Part shown: piece by piece, positions 50,843 to 63,970 of the stretch
Position numbering within the stretch: the first letter of the stretch is position 1
How the letters are laid out: the number at the start of each line of letters is the position of its first letter
Origin: Isurus oxyrinchus
Lineage: Eukaryota
Reading direction: 5' to 3'
DNA length: 64,000 bases
Assembly: GCA_026770705.1 (NCBI GenBank)
Contig: JANJGN010000013.1
Location: forward strand, 58,652,001-58,716,000
Notes under the pieces: model-generated
What the model was told of the DNA's origin: nothing
The model's input: only the letters and a program-made list of their open reading frames with translations
Database searches by the model: none
Program-made: the position numbers and the translations under genes

Positions 50843-52738
50843 TTAAAATACTAAACATATGTCAAATTTGTCCTAATGTCTTACGGTGTAATGAAATGCT
50901 CATCGGCTTTATTGCAAGCCATGCCTTCAGGGTTTGCTAATGAATAATCGAGAACAGCTAAAACACACTTGCTCAGGTAGGTTAACCAAGTGAGATTCTC
51001 CGCCCTTAGACCAGATGGTTTCAACCCCATAGTGGAAGCAGACCACGCAATCTAGGCTGACATTCCAGAAGAACGTCTCTCTGGCTAATTTGGCAACTTT
51101 TGGATTAGATTTAAACAGAGCTCCTTGTCAAATGGAGCTAAAATACCCCATTACAGTATTGGAGGAAGTCGCGACTGACTGTCGCGAATGTAAAGCAGAT
51201 TAACCAGTTTAACGGTCTCATTGCAATCTGTAGGAAATAGGTGGCGCGGGTGGCTGCGTGGATTATTGCTGCGGATTAATTATATATGACTTTTAAACTT
51301 TAATGCTGTGCCGCTTCTACCTGGAGGTAATTGAAGAAATCTCAACTTTCTACAATAATATAAAACAAGGGATAAAGAGCTCGAGCATTTATCATTGAAG
51401 TCAACGGAAATACAAATTAGGAAAAATGTGCAAACGTAGGCCGACACATTTCAGGTGTTTTACACTATCAACCAACACCAAATCTACCCAATGCATATTG
51501 TAATGAAGATTTACATTTCTAGATCTTCTCGAGAGGGTGCTAGCGCCAAAAGATATATGAGTGAGTTTGGTTCCATTATTAAAGTTGAGGACGTAACGAT
51601 TAAATATGATCAACACTATTAATACAACGGAATTGTTACTTTGAGTCACATTCTGATTTCTCTGATTACTGGTCTGTGCATCGAAATCACCAACAACTCA
51701 GGTCCGATTTCAACAGCAGAAATAACACAAGCTTTCTGACTGTATGACGCATGCTCAATGCACAGGATATTCTGGCAATGCAAATAGACCAATGAATTTA
51801 AATAATTTAATAATGCCACTGATCTCATGTTCGCATATATGTTAGTTTTAAAAAGACGTGAAACATGGCAATGTTCATTACAGAAAAGGCCAGGGAGTGA
51901 TTCGCTATTCTAATTTCAAATTCGCGTGCATTTCATTAGGCAAATATGCATGTCTTCTTTATGGGTAGCTTTATGAATTCAAAGCTTTGGATTCGGTGCG
52001 CCACAATTAACCAACGCGCAATAAATGATGTGTTACCTCACCGAGCGTCCATTCATCATGTGCAGTCAGTTTAAACCAGTATTTGGATTGAATTTCAGTT
52101 GTAATTAAAAGCCGCGATATTCAATGCAACAATAGCTCCAGCTAAAAACTTAATCGGGAGTTGAAAACGCAGAACATTAAAGGTTAGTTTCACCAGCTAT
52201 TTATGACCTTCTACTGCTCTTGCTATTCTGAAGGGCTATTTATATGGGGCTATTTTTACCCCATGTCCATTATTTCAAGTGTCTGGCGCAAATGATCATT
52301 ATTTATTTGTGCCAACAGGCACGGCGTTTTGGAAAGGTAGTTAAGGGACGCGGTAAGTAACCATTGAGCTTGTCTTTGTCGTTACTGGAGCATTTCCTGC
52401 AAGGTCACTCGATCTCGGATTCGGATTAAAGGTTCTCACTGATTTCCCCGTTCTATGGCGCCGAGATTCTGAGACGAGTTGCTATTGTGACTGAGGTAAG
52501 GCAGCTCAATGCAGGCCAAAACTCCATTCTCAACTCATAGGCTAGAAAATATTATAGAACTGGAAGGCTCAGATCTTAACCATTTAGTAGGGCAGCCTTG
52601 TAACATTTCAGTTTAATTTATGGTTCTTTGTTAAAAGGACGTTAACATTGTTTAAAACAAAATAACTACACAGTTATAGTATTTTGTCTTTAATCTGAAG
52701 CACGTTTTGAACAATGTAACGGAAATGGTTTTACTCAC

Positions 52739-53057
52739 TGCCATAAAACAACTTAGTTCCTTTACCGAAGTTCCACATGCTGTTTTCTCCATATAGCACA
52801 GTAATAGCCCGCGGTGCCCTCCGATTTAACTTTACTGATAGTTAAAGTTCCCGTGTTGCCGGATACCGAATCAGAAAGCCGGTCGGGAACACCAGAGGCT
52901 GTTCGTGCTGCTTTTAGCCCAATGATAAAGCAGATTGAGGAGCATTTCCAGGCTTCTACTGGTACCAATATATGTTGCTGCTTCCGAAGGTGGAAGGTGC
53001 CTCTCAGAGAAGTCGATTTCGAAGGTGGCTGATCTACTGTGATGTTCGCGTTTGAAA
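52739..53057 (-). pseudogene. Germline-joined IgL VJ pseudo-exon (V2)
   Basis: VSNANITVDQPPSKSTS, then a deletion removing the first Cys, IYWYQ*KPG, SGVPDRLS..YYCAIW; J (FGKGTKL) is out of frame; donor GTGAGT 52738-52733. Confidence 0.92.
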
Positions 53058-53197
53058 CTTAAAGATAAATGTATTAAAATATTACTGTAAAGGTACCCTA
53101 ATCAAATATTGAAAGTATTGAATTTTAAATCCCGTGAAATATCAGCCAAAAATCCTTCATAACGGCCCCTTTATAGTAAATATACATTTTAAAATAC

Positions 53198-53246
53198 CTG
53201 CCAGGCAGAAAATGAACACAATGATAGCATGGACCCAATCAGTCGT
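53198..53246 (-). pseudogene. Leader exon of V2 with the start codon lost
   Basis: ACG in place of ATG, then TDWVHAIIVFIFCLA G|GTATTT; 49 nt, the same length as the V1 leader. Confidence 0.82.
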
Positions 53247-54293
53247 TGTGAAAAGGTTAACGAGGCACCGAAGTACTGACAGTTATATGACAAGATGGGT
53301 TAATTGTCTGAATCTCTCTCTCTCTCTCTGTCTTTTAATAACACCTGTCACCAAGAAGGTATTGCCTTGTGTTGGGAAGCAAAATAGTGGTTTCATCTCA
53401 GATTCCCTGAAATTCAAAGAATGCCTCAAATTTTCTTCGGCTAGCAGAATATACAAGGAAAGTCATTCAAAAGCTAAACACTGTAGATGTTAGAATACTG
53501 AAAAAAAGACAATAGAAAATTCTGCAAATATTTAGCAGATCGGGCAGTATCTCTGGAGAGATCAACAGAGTTAACCTTTCAGATTGTGACCTTTCAATTG
53601 AAGCTGTTGGCACAAGTGTTAGTGCTCCGCCAGGGCCTATTCTACAAATGATAGTAGTCATTTTCTTGGTGAATGCGATTTGAATCATGGAATCATACAA
53701 CACAAGTTGATGCAATTTCTCTCCTCGTGCCCCTGTCTGCCCTTTCAACGAAATACCCAATTAGTCCTGCACCCACACTTCTCGCTGTTCCGGGCAGAGG
53801 GCTAGGGAACCATGCTTCCCCACACTCGTCCCGATCCCATCAATGGGACATTTCAGAACTTGGAAGGGTATTATTCTAAACCATGACATCAGAAGACAGT
53901 CTTTAAGGAGCAATCGGCAAATTAGAAGGTGCAAAACGAGTAACATGGGAGTGATGGAGGGCACCAAGCTCCGAGGGAGCTGGAGGAACAAGACATTGGC
54001 TTTTCTTCTTCTGCTAGATGTGAGATCAATGGAATCCGGGGGCATGATCCTGTCTGGGGATGTAGCCACCTGGCGCACACTATCCCCAGCACCATCATCC
54101 ACCACTCTGCACCCTCCGTGCAATTTCGGCTCACCTAAAAACAGAGGTAGAGTCACCCAGATCACGTCAATCCGGTAGACATATTCCACTGGAGTGAGTG
54201 AGTTTCTCCAGTCGGAATGTTGGTGAGCACCTAGACCTTGGGAGGTAGAGGGTGCAGACTCCTCACTACTGAGATCACCAAGAGGGTGACCTT

Positions 54294-54712
54294 CGAACTC
54301 AAAGTTCTTTTCAACTTTCCCTTACGGTATTTGTTGACTATGGGTCTCGTGCCAGTATTTAGCCTTAGATGGAGTTTACCACCCACTTTGGGCTGCATTC
54401 ACAAGCAACCCGACGCCGACCCTTACGAGCCAGGGGCCACTACCGGCCTCACACCGTCCTCAGGCACTTCCCTCGATCCCAGGAAAGAGCGAAGGCTCCT
54501 GCGGGGCGTGGGAGGGGGGGGGGGGGGTGCGGTGGTGGTGGTGTAACACTCACCACCGGAGCGACGAGCCGCCTTCCCCACCGGCCTTCCCAGCCGACCC
54601 AGAGACGGTCGCGGCGCACCACCGGCGGAGCAAATGCGCCCCGGCGGCAGTCGTGCCTGCGCGAGAGGCGGTCCCAAGCAGAGGAGATCCGCCGAACCGC
54701 GACGCGACCGAA
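54294..54712 (-). pseudogene. 28S rRNA-derived fragments in permuted order
   Basis: Minus strand contains GTCGGGTTGCTTGTGAATGCAGCCCAAAGTGGGTGGTAAACTCCATCTAAGGCTAAATAC..CCGTAAGGGAAAGTTGAAAAGAACTTTGA (core between D1 and D2) and GGTGCGCCGCGACCG..GGCTGGGAAGGCC (D2). Confidence 0.9.
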
Positions 54713-54988
54713 TGGTGAGTTAACGGGCAATGGTTCAGTGGAGAGCAAACTGATCGTTTCGCCTAAACGTTGGGTCCAGGATGGGCCCCTTGAAGGAGCA
54801 GGGAATTGAATTCCGCTAACTACTAACTCTTTTTCCCTTCCTTCCTAAAACGTGTGACGACTGCTATAATCTTCTGGTTGTGAATTAAAATTTGTTATTG
54901 CTGACAACCAACAGCTTCTTGTGTCTGAGTTAAACATTCAAATAATTTCAGTTTTTAAATTTGTCTAAATTTTTTAAAGCATTTCCAA

Positions 54989-55026
54989 AGTTTCTGGTGA
55001 AAGGTCATCGACCTGAAACGTTAATT
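54989..55026 (+). ncRNA. Hammerhead motif in an old PLE-related terminal fragment
   Basis: CTGGTGA A AGGTC ATC GACCT GAAA CG TT AATT, followed by the CTGTTTCTTTCTCCACAG tail. Confidence 0.55.
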
Positions 55027-55514
55027 CTGTTTCTTTCTCCACAGCTGCTGTCTGGCGAGTATTTCTAAAGTTTAAATTAGTTGAACCTAATAGTCTAATA
55101 TTTTGCATCGCTTATCTTTATTATTATTGCTCAGAGATATATCCTTGTAAATAGCTGTTCAAATTCCTAAGGAGGCTGCCTATGGCAATAAAACAATATT
55201 GTAATTAGAATGTGCTTCTTGTGTTCTCTTTTGTCAAATTTGTCTGAAATTTCGGCACATGGTTTAACTTTTTCAGTAATTTATTTGCAAGTGTTTTCAT
55301 TAAAGTTAAAAAATATTTCTCTGTAAAACAGTGCCTGCCTCTTCCCGGTGTGATTACTATGGGACGTTCATTGGGTAAAGTGGTCCGCCACAGGTTGAGC
55401 TCTGATCTCCATGCATTCTGCCAAGCCGCCACAACCTTCGCCGCAGCGCTCGCAGGTGAAGGGTTTTCTACCTCTAATGCGCCCTCCTCTGCTTGTCAAA
55501 ATCCAGACTTTCAA

Positions 55515-55745
55515 CCATTGCAGAACTGTGTAGGCTGCAGCACACTGTAAAGATCTTGGCTATAGGCTCCAGGGAGCACTGGAGGACATCCTCAAACCTG
55601 TCCAAGCACCTGAACCAACTGTTCAGCACCCCACTGGTTCTAGCAGAAATCTGCTTCGTGGATACAATGACTTTATATTAGCGTTCTTCCGCTTCTTTCT
55701 GCGGGTTGTCAAAAAGCAATAAACTTTGACACCAACTAACCATCC
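55515..55745 (-). mobile_element. PIF/Harbinger transposase C-terminal relic
   Basis: Hand translation: GWLVGVKVY, then after a frameshift NPQKEAEER*..ST..ARTSGVLNSWFRCLDR..VLQCS..IFTVCCSLH, matching the HARBI1-type GWLLGDKGY..RFRCLDRSGG..CCxLHN pattern. Confidence 0.78.
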
Positions 55746-55789
55746 TTCTACTGGAGACCATCCATAAGCATGCACATATTGTAACTATT

Positions 55790-56270
55790 GGAGTGCGGCA
55801 AGGCTCAGTGCTGGGGCCTCGGCGATTTACGTTCTATATTAAGGGTTTGAACGAGAAGACGGAGAGCAACGTATTCAAGTTTGCTGATGATACAAGCCTA
55901 GATGGGAACGTAAACTACGAGGAAGAGGACAAAATTAGGCTGAAAGACATATAGAGAGGTTAGATGAGTGGACAAGGAAATGACAGATGCAATATAATGT
56001 GGGCCAATCTGACATTATTCACTTTGGTGGTAAGAATAGGAAAGCAGAATATCTTTTAAAAGGCATGAAAATTCGACATATTGACGGTGAGAGAGACTTG
56101 AGTGTAGTTAGCACAAGGAACACAATATTAGCATGTCGGTGCAGCAAGTAAAGCTGGGATCATAGGGTTCTTCCTTGATGAGAAGCTGAGTAAATTTCTG
56201 GGGGTTTCAAGAATGAAAGGCGATCTCATTGAAAAAAATAGAAGATCCTGAAGGGGTTTCACTAGGTCAC
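55790..56270 (+). mobile_element. CR1 RT fragment
   Basis: GVRQGSVLGP and KFADDTSL motifs. Confidence 0.8.
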
Positions 56271-58689
56271 ACTGAAACTGTGATGCCCCTCTCCCTCCCG
56301 CCACAAATCAGGAAATAAAGCGTTATTTTTTCTGGCTTTATTTTAACATCAAAACGCGTTTAGAAAAATTGAAGTTGTTCGTGAAAAACCTTTACAACAA
56401 AAATGTGCTAATTCGCGATACTTAAAAATAATAAACATTTTTCAACTTTATTCATTGACGTAATGTTAATAAAGTTAGTAGTTTACAATGACTACAGCTA
56501 CTGTAGAACAGAACAATAGAATTGAATTGAACTCAAACAGTAAACAGTTCAATATAATTATAAATCAAACTATTAGTAAATAATAAGAATAAACACAGCT
56601 GAATTGAATTCAAACACTAAACGGTTAAATGTAACAAAAAATTAACTCGCAATAAATGATACAACACAAAACTACAGCAAACAAAAACATCATTCTGCCG
56701 TCTGTGCCTGTGTCCGGTTGTCACAAAGAGGGCACGAGCTGTGGATCCGAGGGAGGTAAGGCCCGAATTCCTTCTGCATCTTCCTGCCATCTATGGCCTG
56801 ACCTGTCTTTGCCAGAGGCTTATCCAGCAGCAGATAAATCGGTGCTGGGCTGAAGATGCAGCCGCTACAGGTTAATTTACTGGTACATGTACCTGCATAG
56901 TTTGTTCTATTGTATTCATTGCTGCCACACAGGCACAGGCACTGCTGTCTGTCCAGAGTAAATTAAACATACTGATTCAAGAGGCTCTGCATCGTAACAG
57001 TGAAATCCCAGTGAAGGGTTTCAATGGATAGGGCCAGCTGCTGGAAAAGACCCGGGATTGGATTCCTCACATCCTATCTCAAAATATTCAACTATTGTTG
57101 GATCAACTTAAAAATGCCCAAGTATTTATAATTTTCTGTGCACATGACAGCATCCACTCAATCGAAAAATACCTTTTTCCTGTTCCTCATAACTATCTAA
57201 ATTATTAAACTGGGCCTTACATGTTTCATGTGTTAGAGGATTCCCTGGAACTTGTACTTCTAAATTGGCAGGTCCCTCACCACCTGTCGCTTTGGACTCC
57301 TGTGTCGCGCTTTCTTCCATTGAACCCACAGCATCAGCTTCACACAGCCTCTCTCAGAGATCGTGATCTGACCATCACAGATTTCCTCTTCTTCAATAGC
57401 CTGAAGATTTAAGGTGAACACCAGGGGTCAAGGCACCGCTACATCTGCCTCAGACACAGATTGCACACTCTGCTCCTCCAGTGGATGATACTGACCTTCT
57501 TCCTCCAGCACAGTTTCAATATCGCCTTCCTCAGAAACTCTCAGTGCTGTTCCTTCAGCAGCACCGCTTTCAGTACATTCAGCTGCCACTGGCTCACAGT
57601 GAATCTGTCTGGAAAATATTTGCAATTACTTATCGCATGAAAGAAACATCCCTGGTTTAAATATTCAGTTAGTGACATCTCGTTTGTGCATTCCAACATT
57701 AGAATGAGCACTAGTTACTCCAGGGTTAGTGATCCCCAACCTGCCCAATGTCTGCACTCGCTCCAAGCAACTGATTTTACCACGTTATTAAATGACGAAC
57801 AATCCACAGCTCGTGACCTTTTTAACGCTCAACTCTCAAACCAGGGTCTAAATTTGGAGATAATACCATAGAGCATTACATAATACCATTACACTTTCTC
57901 ATTCATTTTACTGTAAAGTGTTTCCTCAGTCAATGCAAGGATTTTCATGTTTTCTTACATTAACTTAAAGGTTATACAAACTCATAAAAGCAACTCAAAA
58001 GTTTTAAAGCATTAAAAAATGGCTTTAAAATGTTTCAGAACCATAGATAACACTCAGCAGAAGACAAAAGCTGCTGGATCTCGAGGGGCGTTTTTTCAAT
58101 TGATGACTTAAAACGTGGCCCTGGTGCTTCTGCACCTCGCCAGTACTCTAGGTGGCTGCCTCTTGCAGCAGGAAGAGGAAGACCCTAAACCACCAGGGGG
58201 AAAAGCTAAGACAGCGGCTTTAGTCATGGTCAGTGGCAAGAGAGTCTCGCCACTGACCGGACGCTCTGGACCAATATGTTAAAAAAAAACCCAGATGTGC
58301 AGTGCAGTGATGACATCAAGTAGCTCTAGAAGCCAATTACATTACAGTATTCTCACGGACAGTAAATTAAGAAGTCAAAACCAATGAACGAATTCACTTT
58401 TAATGTGCAGTTTATAGATAGCGAAATACATTATTGAATCACAGACAAGAGATTAAGGTAGACGCTAAAATATCATCAACAAGGTTTGCATAAAATAGCA
58501 TATTAAAATGACATGGATTTTTTTTCCTGATTGAGAAACTTTACATTTAACATATATTACTATTTCAGGGTTAGTGATTGTTATAATAATAGTTATGAAT
58601 TTGTCCGCCGTTTAAAGCCCAGTTACACCTTTTTCAACAAGGAGTAATCAAGGGCTTTTGCAGTGAGGCGAATGTCGGAAAAGTGGAAA

Positions 58690-59782
58690 TTCTTGTCAGT
58701 ACAATAATTTCGAACTGATTGCACTTTGTGGGAACCTCAACAGCACACCCTCCGGGCAAGCTAAAATAACTGACAACAACTTCTGACTTGCCGCATTCAA
58801 CTCCGGATGTGTGGGCTCCAGGTTTCTCTGTCAATTTCAGAGGAGTAAAGACATCAAAGCCGACTGTTTGACAGTCAACAGTGCCGCAAATATCCAAGCA
58901 ATTATCTATTTCCACTACGCATTTCTGGCTGAAGATTGATGCGAATGGTTCAGCCTTATCTTTTGCACTGATGTGCTGTGCTCCTCCATCATTGAGGTGG
59001 CGGTATTTGTGGAGCCTCTTCCTCCAGTGAGTTGCTTCATTGCCCAACACCATTCATGACTGGATGTGGCAGGACTGCATAGCTTAGATCTGATTCGTTG
59101 GTTGTGGAATCGCTTGGCTCTGTCTATCACTTCTTGTTTATGCTGTTTGGCACGCAAGTAGTCCTCTGTTGACTCGGTTGAAACCTCATTTTTAGGCATG
59201 CCTGGTGCTGCTCCTGGCATGCCCTCCAACAGTCTTCATTGCATTATGAGGAAAGATTGCGAAGTCTGGACTTGCATTCTCCAGAGTTTAAAAGAATGAG
59301 AGGTGATCTCGTTGAAGTGTACAAAACTCTTCCAGGGCTCGACATGGTAGATGCAGAACAGATGTTTCCCCTGATTGGGGGAGTCTAGAACCCGGGGACA
59401 GAGTGCCAGAATAAGAGGTAGGCAATTTTAGATTGAGATGAGGAAGAATTTCTCCAGACAGAAGTGGTGAATCTTTAAAACGTCTTCCAGCAACGTAAGG
59501 AGCCAATTATATTATACTATTCCCACAGACAGTAAATTGAGAATTAAAAGCCAATGAACAGTGGAAGTTATTGTCAGTTTGACAACTTCGAACTGATTGC
59601 ACTCTGTGGGAACCTCAAAAGGACAAGGTCCTGACAGGCTAAAAAAATTCACAGCAACATCTGACTTCCCGCATTCAAATCCGGATGTGCGAGCTTCGGG
59701 AGCTGCTGTCAATTTCAGGGGAGTAATGACAGCAAACGCGGACTGTTTCGCCGCCATTAGACCCGCAAATCTCCGAGCCATT
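58690..59782. repeat. Two diverged copies of a ~200-bp unit (about 58690-58910 and 59560-59782) separated by LINE fragments
   Basis: Shared TTCGAACTGATTGCACT.TGTGGGAACCTCAA..TCTGACTT.CCGCATTCAA.TCCGGATGTG..CTGTCAATTTCAG; 58331-58390 also matches 59502-59560. Confidence 0.8.
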
Positions 59783-62749
59783 ATCTAGTTCCATTTAGAG
59801 TCCCAAAAAACAGAAATCCCGTCGCTTCTCGGCTTCCTCATTTCCAGCCAGAATAGATACAATTTACAATGCTGCTCATTATCCAATCTCTCAATCACCT
59901 CAATAATTCTGTTGACTCCATTGTGTATTTTCTCAATAGCTGTAACATTTTTCCCATGGCAAGAACAATTGTACACAGCATTTTAAGTGCGGTATTATTG
60001 ATGACTTGTAAAGTGACAAGATTATCGCACTATTTCACCTGAATGTTGGTCTTTAAAAAGCTCCCAAATACTCATTTGCATTAGTCACTGTCACCAAACA
60101 TTATTGAGATAGTTTCAATTTATCAATCAGAGGCCCAGCTCTCTTTCATTTACTATACACACTATTTTCTTGCTTTTTTAAATAATAGTCCCTTCCTGGA
60201 TTATTTTCCCCACTTTTAATTTCTTGATATTAAATCTTATCTATTAGATTTCTGCACAATTCCAAGGTACATTGAAGTTCTTCCCTTGGGTACTATGTTC
60301 AGCTTTGGAGTCTCCCACCTTCCTCAGTTTTCTGTCAATTATAGATTTTGCCGTGGTTCTCTTGACTCCTCGCTCCAGGTCATATGTAATGATGTTAAAC
60401 AAAATATGTCGTCAACTAGTTGGGCACCTTGCTAACATTCTCCGAGAATTATGACAATCTCTGGCACACAGACCTCTGGGTTCTATCGACTTACCAATTA
60501 CTTATTGTCCAATGATGTGATTTGTCCATGGATGGTATTGATCTTTCATTTCATTGGCTAATCAAACACATATTGAATTGCTTAAGAAGGACTTTTAAAA
60601 ACCAAGCAAAAACACTGACTGAAGATGATTGCCAAACGTCACCTGATGTCTGGTATTAACGGTTGACTAGTTTTCTGCAAGGTTCCAGTATGGAATACAA
60701 TTAAGACATGCCCAGTCACCCTCATGAAATTTCACGCCTGCTGTTGTCGAGAACTACTAGAAAAGATTATGAAAACAGAAAATGCTGGAAAAACTCGGCA
60801 GGTCAGACAGCATCTGTGGAGAGAGAAATAGAGTTAACATTCCCTGTGCGTATGTCTCTTCTTCAAAGCTAAAGAGAAGTAGAACTGTGATGAAATTTTA
60901 CTACAACAGGCCGAAGGAGAATGGAAATCCTGTCAGGGAGAAAAGCAGCACTTCTTCAAGGTAGGCATTCTTGGAAGAGAAGTGGCAGTGAATTAAACAC
61001 TAAAGTAAAAGCAAAATACTGTGGATACTGGAAATCAGAAATAAAAACAGAAAATCCTGGAAACAGTCGCCAGGTCTGCTTTTTACTTCAAAAGATTCAC
61101 TGGAACTCACATTTGCATTTTATAAGGCTACCTCTCACAGAATGCCTATCAGGGCAATAGCGATATAGAAAGATGTTTTTCTTGCCTCGTCAAGTTTAAA
61201 TAATGAATCATTCAGAAGCTAATGGCGGGGACATTATAGGCCATAGGATCATAGCTACAGTCTTTTCGGATATGAGCTAAGCAAATACCTTCCGAAACTG
61301 TTAAGGTGAATGAGGTAATGTGACTGGAATAATGAATATTCAAATTTATTTTAATCAATACATGCTACTGAAAGAATGGTCTGGGAAGAACCTGGTTGTC
61401 GGAAAGTAACACTCTCCTTCTCCCCTTCTCTCCCAAGTTAAGACGCTACCTCTGTTGCAGTTCAAAAACCCAGCACAAAGATAGTGAATTTCCATTTAAA
61501 AGGACCTCAGGTGCAAAATTCATTAACTTTTGGAAAAGTCGAATTAAATTTTGAAATGAAATTGTCTCTGGCAATTGTAGCTTTGCATGCGCTTCACCTC
61601 CTGGAATCTCAAGACCACTGTGGGGAAAATCTGTTGCTGCCACAGACACCAGCAAAGGACTCATAACAGTCAACTCTCTTTATATTTTACCATTTAGCAT
61701 TGAATTTTAATTTGGTTAAGAAAGCAACTACTTAATGCTTAACTTGCCAATCTGTGTGCTTGTGTGTGTAGGTGAGTGCATCGCGAAGTTCGGACAGGGA
61801 TTTCCATTTTACAAATATTTATATCGCCACTTGGGTGGATTTTTAACTCAGAAAACGAGCCCCTTTTCTTGTTCCAACCTCATGAAACCTTGCCAGACTA
61901 GTTTCTTTCAAATCAGCATAGAATTTGTAAGTACAGACAGCGACATTCATCCTCTCTGAATTCACAAAAAACCCTGTTACTATCAAGTTTGGAGTGGTAG
62001 GACAGGGGAGTCATGTCACGTGGGCGTAACACTATCCATGATAAAATATTTTCAATCATTACTGCATTCTTCATTTCCAGTGCCAACCGTTTTCAAACGC
62101 CTCACTGAAATCCAAGTGCAAGACGTTGAAGCAATCAAGGTCCTTTGCCAAAGAAACCTAATAAGTTAGGTTGATGACCTTACATTCATGATCTTAATAC
62201 TCTATCTTTTATGACCTTATTTCTCTACAGATGTTTAATGATATTATCATGAATAAAGGTTTCCATAATTTTCCACACAGTAGGTGACAATTTTGCGACC
62301 TGTCTTTCCTTCTATGGATCACTTTTGCTAGCTTTAAAAAGCATCTGTTTATTCCCCGACCAATGACCCCTCCCCGGCATGCAGCAGTTTCTGGAAGATT
62401 TATGCCGGTGGCCCTGCAATTTCGTCCTTTATTCCCTGAAGAATTTTTGGATGCAATTTCGCTGCGTGCATTTCGATTATATTTTCATGGGCATTTGGCC
62501 ATAATTTGTTCTCATTTGAGAGGTTCTTCTTTTAATGAGGATCCTGACCCAGGTGAAGGAACAGTCACATGTTGTGTATATCCACACAGTGGAATAAAGA
62601 TGGATAGAGTTCATGGCACTGTTCGGTGTGGAGTCTATTCCCTAACAGTGCACTGACAATTTTGACGTAATTGTTTCCATAATTTAGTTGAAATAAACAC
62701 ATTTTTTTGTTTACCTGCCATTGACAAGTAAGATGTTCTTATGGGTCTA

Positions 62750-63190
62750 TTTCCCCTGACTCCCCATCAAGCCCCTCTGTAAACCTCGACTGACCATCCC
62801 AGATCCTCTCTTGGCCATTGGCTAGCTAATATCATAAATGGTTATCAGTCCTCAAGCACTACCTGGCTCCTACCATTCAAAGCTGCTGTCATCACTACTG
62901 GCCTCAGAATAATGCCTTCAACCCTTCTGCCTTTGTAATTTACCAGCCATCTCCAAATTCCTTGAACATGATGTTGATGCTGAAACCCACGCTCATCGTT
63001 TGCACCATTCCAGGTTTGAATCTTTATAATACAGTTTCCACCCCGCCTTGGTGAAGTAACAAATTACACTCTCTGTGATTGTGACTGTGGATAAGAATTC
63101 TTCCTTTCCCTTCTCGACCTCTCTACTGCCCTTGATATGGTTAGCCACCCCTGCTTCCTCCAAAGACTATCTTCTGTCCACACAGGTGAG
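62750..63190 (+). mobile_element. Degenerate L2 RT fragment
   Basis: Remnants resembling NYxPISxxP, ALVKVTN and LLDLSxAxD motifs. Confidence 0.6.
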
Positions 63191-63634
63191 GCTGTCTTCC
63201 CTTATTTCTTGTATTAAGCAAACAAAGGAAATAGGAGCAGGAATAGGCCATTCAGCCCCTCGATCCTGGTCCATTATTCAAGTAGATCATAGCTGACATT
63301 CTACATTAACACCATTTTCCGCTATATCCCCATATCCCTTGATAGTTTTTAATATTTAGAAACCTGTCAACCCCCGTCTTAATCTATGGAATCAGAGACA
63401 GAACATCTCCAGAAATTGATTCTCACGCTAGTGTTATGCTTATGTTACGAATAACCTGTTACAAACCCTTCCCCTTTCACCCTTCCTAATTGCCCCTTGG
63501 GCTATCATTTACAGCACCGAGCAGAAACAGCCTACTTAGCCATCTAGTCTGCACTGGCTCTTTGGGAGAGTAGCCCCGTGAATCCCATTCTACTCATCTT
63601 ATCGCATTTTCCTGTAAATTCCCCACCTTGCAAT

Positions 63635-63970
63635 TATATAGCAGCTTGTCCTGGAGCCCTTCACAGTCAATGAAATAATTTTTGAAGTGTAGTGTCTGTT
63701 GCGACGCAGGCATCAAGGCAACAAATTTGTGCACAGCAAACTTCCGCAAGCAGAAACTTCATCAGGACAACATCATCTTTCCTGCTGATACTTCTTGAGC
63801 TTTAAGTGTTGGCCCAGGACACAAGAATAACTTCCCTTGTTTATCGTCCAATAGTGTCATCGATTTTCTTTACATCCACCTGCGAGAGCAGATGGCGACT
63901 TGTTTTGTTGTCTCATCCAAAAGATAGCACCACCTGCAGTCAGCTGCGATTAAATAAAAGCAATGCTGTG
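63635..63970 (-). mobile_element. Old SINE (Deu-domain-like)
   Basis: Similar to 1965-2360. Confidence 0.5.

Noticed and set aside
53520-53530. CTGCAAAT as the V2 octamer
   Set aside because: Imperfect, about 280 bp from the leader, and inside an old PLE-related tail repeat.
54238-54809. Overlapping GC-rich ORFs, or a functional rRNA gene
   Set aside because: Short, permuted, mutated 28S fragments with no rDNA unit context.
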